Assembly (NCBI GenBank): GCA_000708835.1
Contig: DF237215.1
Location: forward strand, 1-64,000
Origin: Klebsormidium nitens
Taxonomy: Eukaryota > Plantae > Klebsormidiophyceae
Reading direction: 5' to 3'
Length of the DNA: 64,000 bases
A program made the translations under genes and the position numbers. Below are positions 46,015 through 57,813 of this stretch, in pieces. Under the pieces are notes generated by a model that saw only the letters and a program-made list of their open reading frames with translations, did not search any database and had not been told where the DNA came from. Every line of letters begins with the position of its first letter. The first letter of the stretch is position 1.

Positions 46015-46984
46015 TGCCGGACCGCATAGCAGCTGCAAAATGATCGGCAGCGCGTTGGTGCGCCTGCAAAACTCCGCCAAGGGCCTCCTTCAATCGCTAC
46101 GAAGAAGAGTTCACGAAGGAGAGAGCCATTGAATAATGCCCCAAGCTGAGCAACCCTAATGCGCAAGCACGAGGAAAGTGGAGTAGGTAGCGCCAATTAG
46201 ATTCCCCTTCTTGTCAGCGCCATGAACTCAAAACCTTCTTGCTTGCGTGCATCCTCTTCGGCAATTATTCTGTTTTGATAAGAGGAGGGGAAAAAAGTCT
46301 GCGGAAGCAGAGCAGACATAGCAACTTCCGCCAGAGGACGTAACGGCCGACTACCAGGGCCGTTACATGGCACAAGCAGTGCTGGTTGTGAAACGGTAAC
46401 GGTGATTGACATTGCTTGTGCTGACACACGGGTTAGAAAATTTTAGTAACCCGGTCTGAAAACCACGGTGCGGTCACTTGAATGGTATCGTTCACTCTCA
46501 CAAAACCCGTGTTACAAGCCGAGTTAGACCAATTTTGGACTTAGAAAACGCTTGCTAGCAGCTGATGGACGGTCGACGAGCTGCTTCAAGTAAACACATC
46601 GACGGTCAGCAAGAATGAACTTGAAATCCTTCGAAAGTTCGTCGTCGAAATTGTCGTTCTCAACCTCAACCCCAAGCTCACGTCATTTCGGCAAAGAAAT
46701 TCTTCCAGTAACGGTACCTATGAATCGAATGGCTAACATTAGCAACGGACCAACCGTCGGTAGATATGAGCTAGCACCGGCTCAATGGCATCCAGCCGTC
46801 GCATCTGCAAGTTAAAACTCTTGAGGACACGATGTCCGTTCGATGTGCTTGTCGAATGAGGGTCGATTGGACCCACACTGCACAGTTGGTCGGGCTTACG
46901 AGGATTACGAGCTTATACGAGCCCAGCAAATGATGCCGTGTCTTTAGGTGACCATGTGGGGGCCATGTGATGCATTGCATGTGC

Positions 46985-47037
46985 AGAAAGCGCTGCATTG
47001 GGAGAAAGCGCTGCATTGGGAGAAAGCGCTGCATTGG
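46985..47037. repeat. 18-bp tandem repeat, 3 copies
   Basis: AGAAAGCGCTGCATTGGG x3 (the last copy lacks the final G). Confidence 0.95.
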
Positions 47038-47268
47038 ACAGTGTCAACAAGGTATGATATCAACGAGCCAACGTCAAGAAAGCCGCTGCGAGGGGTTCCT
47101 TGGGTTTCAGATGCCAGATTTAGTGCGAGAGATCCCCTGTCATTATGCAACGAAGCTTATGCAATAGGCTTGCTGCCAAAGTCGAAATGGCTGCTCCGAA
47201 AATGTCCATCTTCTGGTGACACTTTGGACGCTGCCGAAAGCTTGGAATCTGATCTTGCTTCGCACGCC

Positions 47269-50200
47269 ATGGCTGCTCACCGGGACAAAGAGTCTCTGTT
47301 GGAAGAGATCTGGAACCTGAAGAAGGCCCTTCAGGCTGCGCGAGAGAGCAACCGCTTGCTTACTTTACAGAACAAGCATATGGTAACTGATCTCAAGAAC
47401 CTGGAAGAACACGTCATCGACTTGCAATCTGCAAAAAGGGATCAATGGTCGCCTCTGAGAGGCGGCAGCACCTCGAGCTCAGCTGAGCAGTCCGCGGTGC
47501 GTGAAGCATTCGACCACTCAAAGCTTGTATCGTTAGGCAAGCCACGTGATCAGAAAGAGTAGCTCATCAAACGCTGGAGATTGCGTTGATCTAGACTTTA
47601 CATGCACGTTCCCTCCAAAGTTCCAAAATGAAAGATGTTCTTTCTTAGACTGTGCGCCTTGATTTGCTTGCAACATGCACGCTTCTGCAATTTAAACCTG
47701 CAGTGCAAGAGACGAATCACAGTGCAGCCCCTGATTAAGTGGCCCCCAGTGTCCAGCTCGTTGCACGAGTAACATCGACTTTGACGACTATTGTTTAGGG
47801 TCAAACTCGTTTGTTTCATAAATTAGGACCCGCCATAATAGAAGTAGCAGTTTGGATGCCGGCACACCATGTTTAAAGAACCTGCAAGCTCAGCGTAATC
47901 ACAGACCAAGTAAATTATGTTGTGTTCCCTGTACTTTTCAGCTGGTGGCACGGCTGAAGCAGCAAGCGCGCGAGATCAAGTCCCAGCAGATTGAGATCGC
48001 CTCAGAGCTGGCTCAGGTCAAGGGCAGCACGCGTGCGCACCGCTTCCGAGAGATCGAAGAAGAGAACCGAGCGCTCTATGCCGAGATTAAGCGCCTGACT
48101 GACGCACTCAGGGGACAGAAGGCCCTGTTTGAGAAGGAACGGTCCGAGTGGAAGAGGAAAGTGGAGGGGCTGGAGAAGAGGGTTGCTGAGAGAAGGCCTT
48201 TGAGGAGAGAGCCGGCGAGGGGGCCGAGTCCTGCATGCAGAGTCGGTGTACAGCAGAGGAAATAGCATGGGGAGGCAGAGGGATCCAAGCCCGAGCAAAA
48301 TCAGGTATGGGGGAAGAAGTCTGGCTTCTTTAAAGCTTGAGCATCCCACGTCGTCTGACATAACCACCTGACATAGCAAGCCAGTCAATTATCCCATGGT
48401 TCTTTCACCTCCTTCCGGCAGCCGGACCTACCGTTCCTTTCTCCACGCAACGTTTGGTTGAGTCGAGTGCCCCTTAGCACAGTAGAGACCAACGCCTCGC
48501 TCAAGACCAGCTTTTGCGGTGGACTTTTCTCCTCCTGCTCATGTCGACTTCTTTTCGGTGCAGCAAGAACGAGCTGGAAATGGAGACAATACGGGGCAAG
48601 TGCGACAGGCTACAGGAATCGAACCAGAACTTGGTGAGAGGTTTTGATTGACGCATCTTCGCTTTCTCAACGGGCCGCAACGGAGAGGCACAGAAACTCG
48701 AATCGACAGACAGAATCACACGTTCTGTGGCTATCCGTCCCTGGTCCGATCGTTCCACAGAATCTTAGGGAGGGTGCAGAGTACCATAATCGGGGAAAAA
48801 AGGAAAAATTCCTGCAATCTCACTCACTCGGGCTGCCCTCTGGGTAATTTCCGGCTTTGATTTGTCCAGTGTCGACATGCCCTTGCAATACGGATTGCTT
48901 ATCTGCACCGGTTCGTTGGCCTTGCTGAAGACGAGTCTTCGACATGGTTTTGAGGACGACTAATTGAGTCGACGCGCGATCTTGTAGCAGGAACTCTTAG
49001 CCCGACTGTCGACGGCAAGGGTGAAATACCGTACAATTTTCCATTCGTCTAGCCGTACGTTTTGGGAAGCAGGAGGCTGCAGTGTTGAGGCTAATCAATT
49101 TAATCGAGCGTGACGTCGACTCTCGAGAAACCTTTCAGCCTTCTTCGAAAACGGTCAGCACCATTCTGAATCAAAATACCCCTTTGAACAGCAACGCTTT
49201 TACTCCTTCCAGATGACGGAGCTTCAGGAGGTGAAGGAGTATGTCCGATTCCTCAGCCAGGCGTCCCTGCCGTCCGATCAGTTCCGGACACGACCAGCGT
49301 CGCCACAGCCGTCCGATGGGCGTCAGTTTGGAGCATCCAACGGTGCAAACCCTGTGGACCAGCGTACGATGGCCGTTGAAACATGGGAAAGCGGAGGTCC
49401 TGACGGAGCGACAGTCGCTTCCGCTCCTCCAAATGTGGACAATGGTGAAGCGACCGGAAATTCGGAAGCGGAACGGAAAGCTTATCGAGAAGAAAGTGCC
49501 CAAAAGTCGAGGCCAACGGGGATGCGCGAAGAAAGAAAAGAAAGTCGGGCGAGAAGGAAGGGTCCAGAGCTCGACAGAGATTATGGTTCACTGGAGTCCA
49601 CTGAAACTTCCAATCTGGTCGAGGCCGTGGGAACGGAACGCGTGAGCAAACAAACGGAAACGGAACGGCGGTCGGGGAGGGAAGATCGGATGAGCGTGAA
49701 GCATGTAGCGGCGGAGGAGAGGCAGTTGGCGACCGGAACGGAACGGAACGATGACAGCTGGGCGCCGGGAGAAGCAGTGTCGCCCAAACTTGAGTCGAGC
49801 TTGAAGAGAGTTGGATTCGCTTTGGAAGGGGCAGGCAAAGTCGGGGCAACAGGATGGAGGGCGGCGGAGCGAACGGAAACGGAAGTATCGGAAGCTGAAC
49901 GGAGCGAAAAGGGTAGCGCAAAGCCTACAGGTGGGGAGGTGTTTGGAGTTGTTCAAATCGAACGGCAGAATAACGACAGAGTGGTAGAGGAAGTGACTGG
50001 AGTCGCGCAGAAGTCTGCACATGAAAGTAGGGGGAATCAGGTGGAGAAAGGAACCCCTGCAGCTGCCCAGAATTTTAACCAGACTGGGACAGAGAGAGCG
50101 ATTGGGAACCACGTCGAGGAGATCGCGAGCAAAGCCGTGCTAACGGAGAAGAATCTGACGGGAACGAGACATTCGAAACAGCGGACGTTGAGCACCGAGC

Positions 50201-51608
50201 AGTGGAACGTGTAGAAGTCGGGAGGGCAGAGATAAAGCGGAGTCCGAGAGCAGAGAAGGGTGTGGTTATACGAAATGAGGTGGATTTCGGAGATGTACGG
50301 GTTGCCGAGGCAGTGGTCGTAAAACGTGCGGACGAGGTTGTCAAGGTTGGGCGGAATTTGGAGCAGTCCACGGAACGGAACGAACCCAAAGTAGTCGAAG
50401 ATGCTTCGAAGCTGGAGTCGAATGGGAAGCCAAGTGTAAAGACGGAGGTGGCGAAAGCGACGGAAGGGCGGAGTCTGGAGATGACGGCGGATCGGGAGAT
50501 AGCGGAATGGGTTGGGGATGGCCGGCATTCGGAGTCGGGGGCGGAACCAAAAGCGAAAAATGCACGGGGAGCAGTCCAGGTGCTTGGGCCGTCGCTTTCC
50601 GCTGCCGTCTCTCAGGAAAGCAGCAGAAAAGAAACGTCGGATCTGAGAGACGGGGGGTCTGTGTCTGACGAAGCGGCGGAGGTCGACGAGACCCGGCGCG
50701 GAACGGCGGTTGCTTCGTTAGTGATAGAATCTACCGATCGACCGGGCGCAGCGAAGGAAAGTGCAGGCACGGACGTCCGAGTGGGCAAGGCGCGTCGCAC
50801 CGAAGTTGAGGTCCCAGCCACCGCCGGGCATGCGCTGGCCCCTGGTGTGACGTCCTCTAGGTCACAAACCGTCTCCGACGACAGCCCAGCAAAGGGAGCC
50901 GGGTCCCGGAACCTGCCACTCGGGGCCGAAGGGGAGCATACGTTAAATGATCTTTGGTCAGGACCCTCTTCCACCGGTCTGGAGTCGGAGAAGACTTCAA
51001 GTGACGCCTCTCCAAGCCTCCGAGAAAAGCCCTCCTTCTCAAAAGCAGAGAAGCCGTCCTCGGCGCTGGATAGCACCCTTCCAGATAGCGGGAGGGAAGC
51101 TGCGGAGTCGGAACGTGAGCGGCTGCAGAAAATATCTCCTTTTCCGGAGGTTAACTTTGGAAATCCAAACTTGCACTTCTCGGAACGCCCCAGAAGAAAC
51201 GACTTTCTGCCGATGAACGACCCTCTGCCAGCTGGTTCAGCCCCCATCTCGCGGACATCTGAAGTGTCCGTGTCAAAAGGAACCACTCTGGCGGACACGC
51301 TTCCAACGGATCAGCGGAAAGAAGCAAGAGCGGAAACGGAGGAGTTGCCGGCGAAGACCGGAAGCGGCGGGAGCGCGCAAACGGGTGGAAAGTCAGCTGA
51401 GTTGGAACCGCACCTTGGTGAACAGACAGAGGACATTCTGGACGACTTGGACTTGTATTTGGAGGGTTTAGAAGTAGCAGGAGAGGCGTCCGCACGGAGC
51501 GCGGCCGAGGCCGCGCGCGACGGAGAGGTATTTGAGGTGCATCACGAGGAGTCGCACGCGCAGTTGTTCACACCGGACGACAGTGACATAGCGGAGGAGG
51601 CGTGGTAA
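47269..51608 (+). pseudogene. Coiled-coil protein with a long acidic low-complexity tail, carrying two frame disruptions. Exons ~47269-47526, 47942-48304, 48564-48633, 49213-51608
   Basis: The N-terminal exons are heptad-rich. A TGCA tandem duplication at 48232-48239 shifts the frame and gives a stop at 48265. A second frame change lies between ORFs 49213-50214 and 50202-51608. The start codon is uncertain. Confidence 0.65.
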
Positions 51609-52730
51609 AGGGAAACCAGTTTCAAGCCCTCCACGAAAATCGAGATAATATGCTGAATCAATATCAGTATTTGTACGTACTTCTCAAAGCTGCGACCAAA
51701 CGCGTCTAGCGTCAAACGTGACAAACATACTTGATTATGGAGGAGCGACGAAGGCTTGTGTAATAAATTGGATGGAGGACACTACGCATCTGTTTGTCAA
51801 CTGCGTTGATTCAAAAAAGAAAAGTGAAACAGCTGCCTGCGGACCTGTTTATCTTCCTTTCGGCCATGTGACTGCTAACATGGTAGCCAGTCCACCCATT
51901 TTTTGAGATTCCAGAAACCAGACAATTTCGGGTGCTTTTATAAAGGAAAACCTCATCTGCTTCTGTCCTTATCAGAAATCTCGGTTCGTCTTGCTATCAA
52001 CTTCTCAGCCTCTTCCACTATGTACGGCTCTGTCTAATACTGATGTTTTCAACATGACTCTTTTTCAAACTGTTGATAAAGTATCAGATATGCCTGGTGT
52101 AATATATTGGATGCAATCGCTTCGTGGCGCGGCCGCAAACAAATCATATGCATGGCGACTGCATAGTGAAATCAGAAAGAGTTCATCAGAACACCCACCA
52201 CTCACCATACATGGCGAGAGAGAATTAACAAAGTCATATCATCGATCATTGGGGTAATTGGCCGACTCTAGATGCAAAATCTGACCTCAAAAGGTGGATC
52301 CAGGATCCTGCAACAACGTTAGATGTTCTACAATCTACAGCCTCATGCCGGGAATTCTGAGCGCTTTGTTCTCGCTTCAAGCGAAAGCTTACGACCGCGC
52401 ACTCGATCTGCCATCGTACCGTCATTACACGTTTTGACCATTTTTTAGTTTCTTGTCTTTTGGATATAGCTTTCCTGGCCAACGGGCTTGTTGAGCTTGT
52501 TGCTTGTTGGGCTTTTCTCCGACATCAGCGCTCTATATGGCTGGAAACGAACAACTTTTGCTTCACGTCTCCTAGCATTTTCTAGCCTCGCCTTATCTAC
52601 ACCAAGAAAAGACTGATCCCCGCTCCCGCAGACGCCCCCTCAGAGTGCCACCTGTCGTGAAAAGAAGGACTCCCTACTGCCATCACTTTCGGGCTCATCC
52701 ACCGTTTGGAACAGTTTAGACGCCTGCTTC

Positions 52731-55211
52731 TCAAAGAAGATCTGCCGCTTCGATTCCCGCAGCGTCGCCCGCTCCGCCGGAATCCGCCGCACCCTCGGCC
52801 GCGTCCAGCGGACGGGCATCCGGTTGCTTCGAGGCGAAAGCTCCGCCGACCTGCTTCGGCGCTCCGCCCAGCAGTTCCACGGCTTCTCTTTTCGCCGGAT
52901 CCGCTCTGCCTACCGAAAGTTCTCCGGTTGATCTGGGACTGGCCACAGAGAGCGTTTCCCCTTCCTTCGCGAAGCGTGGATCCGTCGCCTCTCTCTCAAG
53001 CTGGTGATGAAGCCCGCCCAGTAGTCTCGTGTCCCGTGCTCCACATTCGAAACCGGTCGCACGCTTGTCGCAGCTTTTGCTCGGGGGATTGATACCGCCC
53101 ACGGAATGCGGCTCCTTGTTGACCGGAAAAGCCGAATCGCCCCCTTTCTGCCCCGGAACTTCTAAACCGCCCATTGCCTTTTCCGGCGACACCACTTTCG
53201 GCCTCACACCTTCTGGGCTGGTCAGTTGTCTTTTCTCGCTCGCCTGTCCCTCTCTAGAACCGGGCGCACTTTGCGCCGACCGGGGCGACTCACCGCCCTC
53301 GTTTCCCTCTCCTTGGTCGCCCGGCTCCTCGGCCATAAAGATCTTCACCCAGTCGGGGGACTCTACCGGGCGTCCGCCTGAGCTCTCGTACTCGCATTCG
53401 GCCCTGAAAAGCTTTTCCCCGGTTACAGCGCCCGCCGCTCCTTTCTTTCCGTCGATCTCCGCCGTTTGAGCACGAGCAGTCTGCGTATTGTAGTTTGCCG
53501 TAGCTCCTTTCGCACCAGTTTTCGAAGCGTCAATCTCCGCCATTCGAGAACCGGTCGCCAACCCCGGTTGCAGAAAAACCTTGTCATGGCGAAGAATATC
53601 GTTCGGTAGCTCTAACCCCCGGGTCTTATCCATTTTCTTCTGTCCCGGGCCGACAAGGGAACTCTTGGAAGGAGGATCGAGCCCTGCTTCTTCAAGCCTG
53701 CCGAACCGGTTTCTCTGTAAATCGCCAGGCTTTTTCAGTGGCTTTCGGCTTCCACAGCCGCGCTTTCCAAAAGCCGCCAAGACCTTGTCACTGGAGCTTG
53801 AATCTTCGTCTTGCTTTTCTGACTCAAAACTCTTTCCTGCTCCTTTAGCGGCCGGAATTCTCCCCGCGCCTCCGGCAGGATCCCCCTTCCGCGTTGCTTT
53901 CCCTATACGCGGCGGCACCGCTCTCAGCGGAACTCGTCTCCTCACAGGCGGCTTCCCTTTCGCTCTCGAAGTGAGCCCGCCAACTCCGCTGCTCGCCACG
54001 TGTCGCTTCGTCATTCGACCCCTGTCTGCAGCCTTCGAAACGATCCTCGCGACGCCTTTTCCGCTCCTCCGCTCGCATCGTTTCTTCCCGACACATCTCC
54101 CCGCCTCATCATCGCTCTCTGTTTCACTGCTGACGTGCTTCACCGCCTGATCTTTCCGGTTCCGCTTCCGCTGCCTCTCATTGATCGGAACGTCTTCCTC
54201 TTCGCTGCTGCTCTCCACACTTTTTGCCTTCCACTCTTGTGACCCATCGTTTCGCTGCCTGCGGGCTCGCGCACCGCGGCCGCGCACGCACCCTGCATCC
54301 AATTCCGTCCGCTTGCCCTTCGATCCTTTATTCCGCTCACTTCCGTTCTGTTCCGTTCCATGCTTCTTTCGGACCGAAACCGAAGCTACGGCCGACGCGC
54401 CGTGCCCAGGACCCGCCCCTCCATCTTCGCTCGACTCCACCTTTTTTCGCTTCCATCCGGCGGCTCGCTCTTTCCGCTTCCGCTCCTTCCGGTTCCGCTC
54501 AGCACTCTGCATGTTCCGGGTCCGCTTTGACAAGCCGGGCCCGGCCCCTTCGTCTTCTTCGTCGTCCACAGCTTTTCTTTTCCACCGCTCCCCCTCGTTC
54601 CGGTCGTTCCGCTTCCGTGCCCTATGCAGCCCAGCGGAACGTTCCCCTTGCCCAGGTCCTTCCAGTTGCCTAGCTTTCCACTGGCCCGCCCGAATCTCAT
54701 CCTTCTTCTTTGCCGCCGTCTCCTTCTTAACCCGCTTCTTTACCCCCGCTTCTCCTTCGACTTCCGGCACAGGTTTGCTCAACCCAAGCACAAACTTGCC
54801 CACGTAATACAACACCCACTCCTCCCCGTTGATGCTGCACATCCCGCGCTCGTTGAAGTTGACCCGTTTCTTAACCCCCTTCTTAACCTCCTTTGTTTCA
54901 TCCAGCTTCACATACTCGTCTTCCTTCAACCGGTCAATCAGCTCGGGGTTCTTCACACAGAGGCAGTAGACCTCTTTTGGTCGCCCTTTTTTGCGCCCGT
55001 TGCACCAGTACCAGAACCCGACCCGTTTGCAGGCCTCGTCGACTGCCTTCTTGTCGTCGATATAAGTGCTCAGGATGTCGGTCTTGATAACTGACAGGGC
55101 CTTTGAGCGCCCGGGCTCTTGTACCGGGGGCCACATGCTGCAAGAAAATCTTGACAGGTTACTTGGCGGTTTTTGGAGAGTCTGGCTGATGGAGAGTCTG
55201 GCATTAGCCAT
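52731..55211 (-). CDS. 826-aa single-exon protein: compact ~110-aa N-terminal globular domain followed by very basic and then acidic low-complexity regions
   Basis: The ORF is uninterrupted over 2.5 kb. An aromatic/Cys-rich segment (KRVGFWYWCNGRKKGRPKEVYCLCVKNP...EEWVLYYVGKF) is followed by KR-rich NLS-like tracts. Confidence 0.75.
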   Translation of the reverse strand: MANARLSISQTLQKPPSNLSRFSCSMWPPVQEPGRSKALSVIKTDILSTYIDDKKAVDEACKRVGFWYWCNGRKKGRPKEVYCLCVKNPELIDRLKEDEYVKLDETKEVKKGVKKRVNFNERGMCSINGEEWVLYYVGKFVLGLSKPVPEVEGEAGVKKRVKKETAAKKKDEIRAGQWKARQLEGPGQGERSAGLHRARKRNDRNEGERWKRKAVDDEEDEGAGPGLSKRTRNMQSAERNRKERKRKERAAGWKRKKVESSEDGGAGPGHGASAVASVSVRKKHGTEQNGSERNKGSKGKRTELDAGCVRGRGARARRQRNDGSQEWKAKSVESSSEEEDVPINERQRKRNRKDQAVKHVSSETESDDEAGRCVGKKRCERRSGKGVARIVSKAADRGRMTKRHVASSGVGGLTSRAKGKPPVRRRVPLRAVPPRIGKATRKGDPAGGAGRIPAAKGAGKSFESEKQDEDSSSSDKVLAAFGKRGCGSRKPLKKPGDLQRNRFGRLEEAGLDPPSKSSLVGPGQKKMDKTRGLELPNDILRHDKVFLQPGLATGSRMAEIDASKTGAKGATANYNTQTARAQTAEIDGKKGAAGAVTGEKLFRAECEYESSGGRPVESPDWVKIFMAEEPGDQGEGNEGGESPRSAQSAPGSREGQASEKRQLTSPEGVRPKVVSPEKAMGGLEVPGQKGGDSAFPVNKEPHSVGGINPPSKSCDKRATGFECGARDTRLLGGLHHQLEREATDPRFAKEGETLSVASPRSTGELSVGRADPAKREAVELLGGAPKQVGGAFASKQPDARPLDAAEGAADSGGAGDAAGIEAADLL

Positions 55212-57813
55212 GCCTTATATGTTCTTTCTAATTACGCTTTTTCTTTGCGGAAAGGAGAAGTCCAGAGGCGTGTGTCTAGTGACACACATTAGTCGGAATG
55301 CTTTTCGGGGACAGTATTTGGGAGTGTCAACAAGGGGAGACAGGTTCACTAACCCCGTGCTTGCCATGAGTTTGGAGGACAAATTACGTCGAAGCAAGAG
55401 GGCCCGGGGATGAAAGCTACGACCAAGGACGTGCAAGTAACTGAAACAAGTTCGTGGGACTAATTTTCCCCCGAGCTCACGGAAGAGAGGTTTGGTGAAA
55501 GTTGTCCTGTTATCTCATACCAGACTCTCAACTCTCGCTGAGCTTCAGTTTGTTTGATTGCGAATAACGAGAGTCGAGAGTTTTGAACTTCGCCAACAAA
55601 GAGCTAGGCACCTTTCCTAAAGCTATAACCAAAGCAAGGACGGCAAACTTCAGAATAACTTCTAAAGGTATTAAACCACTGCATGCGAAGTTCCTTCTCT
55701 TGGTGGGTGGGACACACCAAGAACCTCACTCCCACGAGTCTGCACTCTCCGGAAGTTGTGATGTCAAGAGCTTCTTGACGCGCAACATTTTGACGCTGTT
55801 TTGAGTCAATAGAATTTTAGAAACAATAACTTTCCGCCCATGAAAATAGCTGGCATGCAAGTTCAGATTACCAACCTTCTCAGAATAATCGCCGACCGTC
55901 GTTAGCACAGGGCATCAGAAGAAGGGTCCAACAGCAGCGTTGTAGCGACCCAGCTCTCCCTTTCAGCTGCCCCTTTTCTGCTGTCCGGGAACTAAGCTCC
56001 GTCGTCTTCTGAAAGAGAACTTGCTGTTGATTTCCTCGCGACGCCCATGTAGCGCGCGGTCCGATTCGCCCAGGAGACATCTGTTCGGTAGATGCTTTAA
56101 GAGAATGGGAACATCAGAGCTAGAATATGGTGTCGTAGCCCTTGTCGAAGAGACGCTTCGGCAGGCAGATGGATCTGATGGATGCCTTCAATCTTGAGAC
56201 GTCCCATCTCACCGGTCTGTGCAGTAAAGACTACAGGGTTGAGATTCTTTGCTACAGCTTGAATAAGAACGGCCTGGTTAAATGACCGTGACAGCTGCAC
56301 ATGCTACTTCGTCAGTTGATGTCGACAGCTCATGAGATCAAATCTTGCTGGGGCCAAGCAGGGCATGCGGGTTGGCACTGAGCAACGCAGCTCGACTCTA
56401 GACTTGATCGGGCGACCACTTCAAGTTCTAACGAACTGACCGTGCTAGTCAGCTTCCGGCCGGACAATCCGCGGACGCCCGCTGTCGCTCACTGCACTTC
56501 AGGCGAACGACCAGGGACTTTCGTGCTGACAATCGACCTCGTGAAAATGTGGAAGCGCTCGCGCGCGCGCCCGGCGGCCCCGGGCGCCGTACGTTCCCGA
56601 GCAAGCGGCCAATGGCGGAACGCCGGAGCCGGAACGCGGCGACTGTATGCCACCGGCAGAGGAAGCAGCCAAAGTGTGGGCCATCCCGAGCGCTCAAAGG
56701 TCCCGAGCTCACTGAGTGGGCGCTAACACTACGGAAACGAAAGACCGAGTGAGAGTAGAAGCTATTCATAACTTATTCGAATCTAGCCGAGTCACTGCGA
56801 TCCGCTTCCGATCATATGATGCATGCGTCAAGCTTGCCCTTCACCCTTGCACACCTGAACTCAGCATGAGGTATGCTCTCCAATTTCTACGTCTTGAGCT
56901 GCCAAGGCGCCCAGTAATCTCGGGATGGAGCCTTCACATATAGCTGAACGTGCTGACGTACAGTGAGATACGGACCCGCAAAACGTTGACTTGCTGGCAA
57001 CCACTTAACCTCCTTATAGAAGCTGGATGAAAGCGTACTAAATTTGATGGCATGAACAGAGCTAGCGGAAGGACGGTAAAAGCGTAAGCTAGTATAGCCT
57101 GGTTGGCTTGAATGGTCAGTTCGCGTAGCTTCCACGAGGCTACTTGACGTCGAAGCCTAATCTGCCACTCACAAAGGCGTCTGAAAGATCCGGTTACTCG
57201 TACTGGAACTCAGCTCATGACCTGAATTGTAGACCCTGTTCCTCGATTTGACGGCAAACTTCGCAAACACCCAATCCGAAAGACTATCAAGATGCAATCT
57301 CACTATGCTCAACAGCTTATGCTTGGTCCGTTAATGCTATTTCGCTTTTGCTTATACCTATGCTATAAAGCATTGCGTCCAGATGCTCTTGCAAAACCTC
57401 ACATCAGAAAGGGGCCTTAACTCTGACGGGCCTACGAAGCTACCCGTGTATCGATTCACAGACACTTTGATTTTACAGCAGTCCAGCTTCTTATTATCAT
57501 TTTTCTTCGGACTCTGGCAGCCCAAACGTCTAACCAACAAGTCTAGCAGACTCAGCGCTCCACACAGCATGTACACCGAAACGAAACCTTATCGAACCTT
57601 TGCAACTAAAATCTCCTAATCTAGTTCTCCAAATCTCAACTTCGCAACGAGCGCTTATGCGCTCGCTTGGCCGCCCGGTGCCTTGTCCAGTCTCCTCAAA
57701 CTAGCTTCTTTCGTTAACCCAATTTGCAAACCCACATTTATGATTTCAGAGTCACGTTTCAATCCAGTTCCCCAACTCGGTGTCTCGTCACACCCATGTC
57801 CTTAACCCGGTAT

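Noticed and set aside
49171-54807. Numerous long antisense or alternate-frame ORFs over the two large low-complexity exons
   Set aside because: They are expected shadows of long GC-rich, stop-poor coding sequence and have no independent motifs.
55215-55436. In-frame upstream ORF separated from the 826-aa ORF by a single TAA
   Set aside because: It starts at TTG just after a likely acceptor and has no recognisable motif; it is probably 5' UTR.
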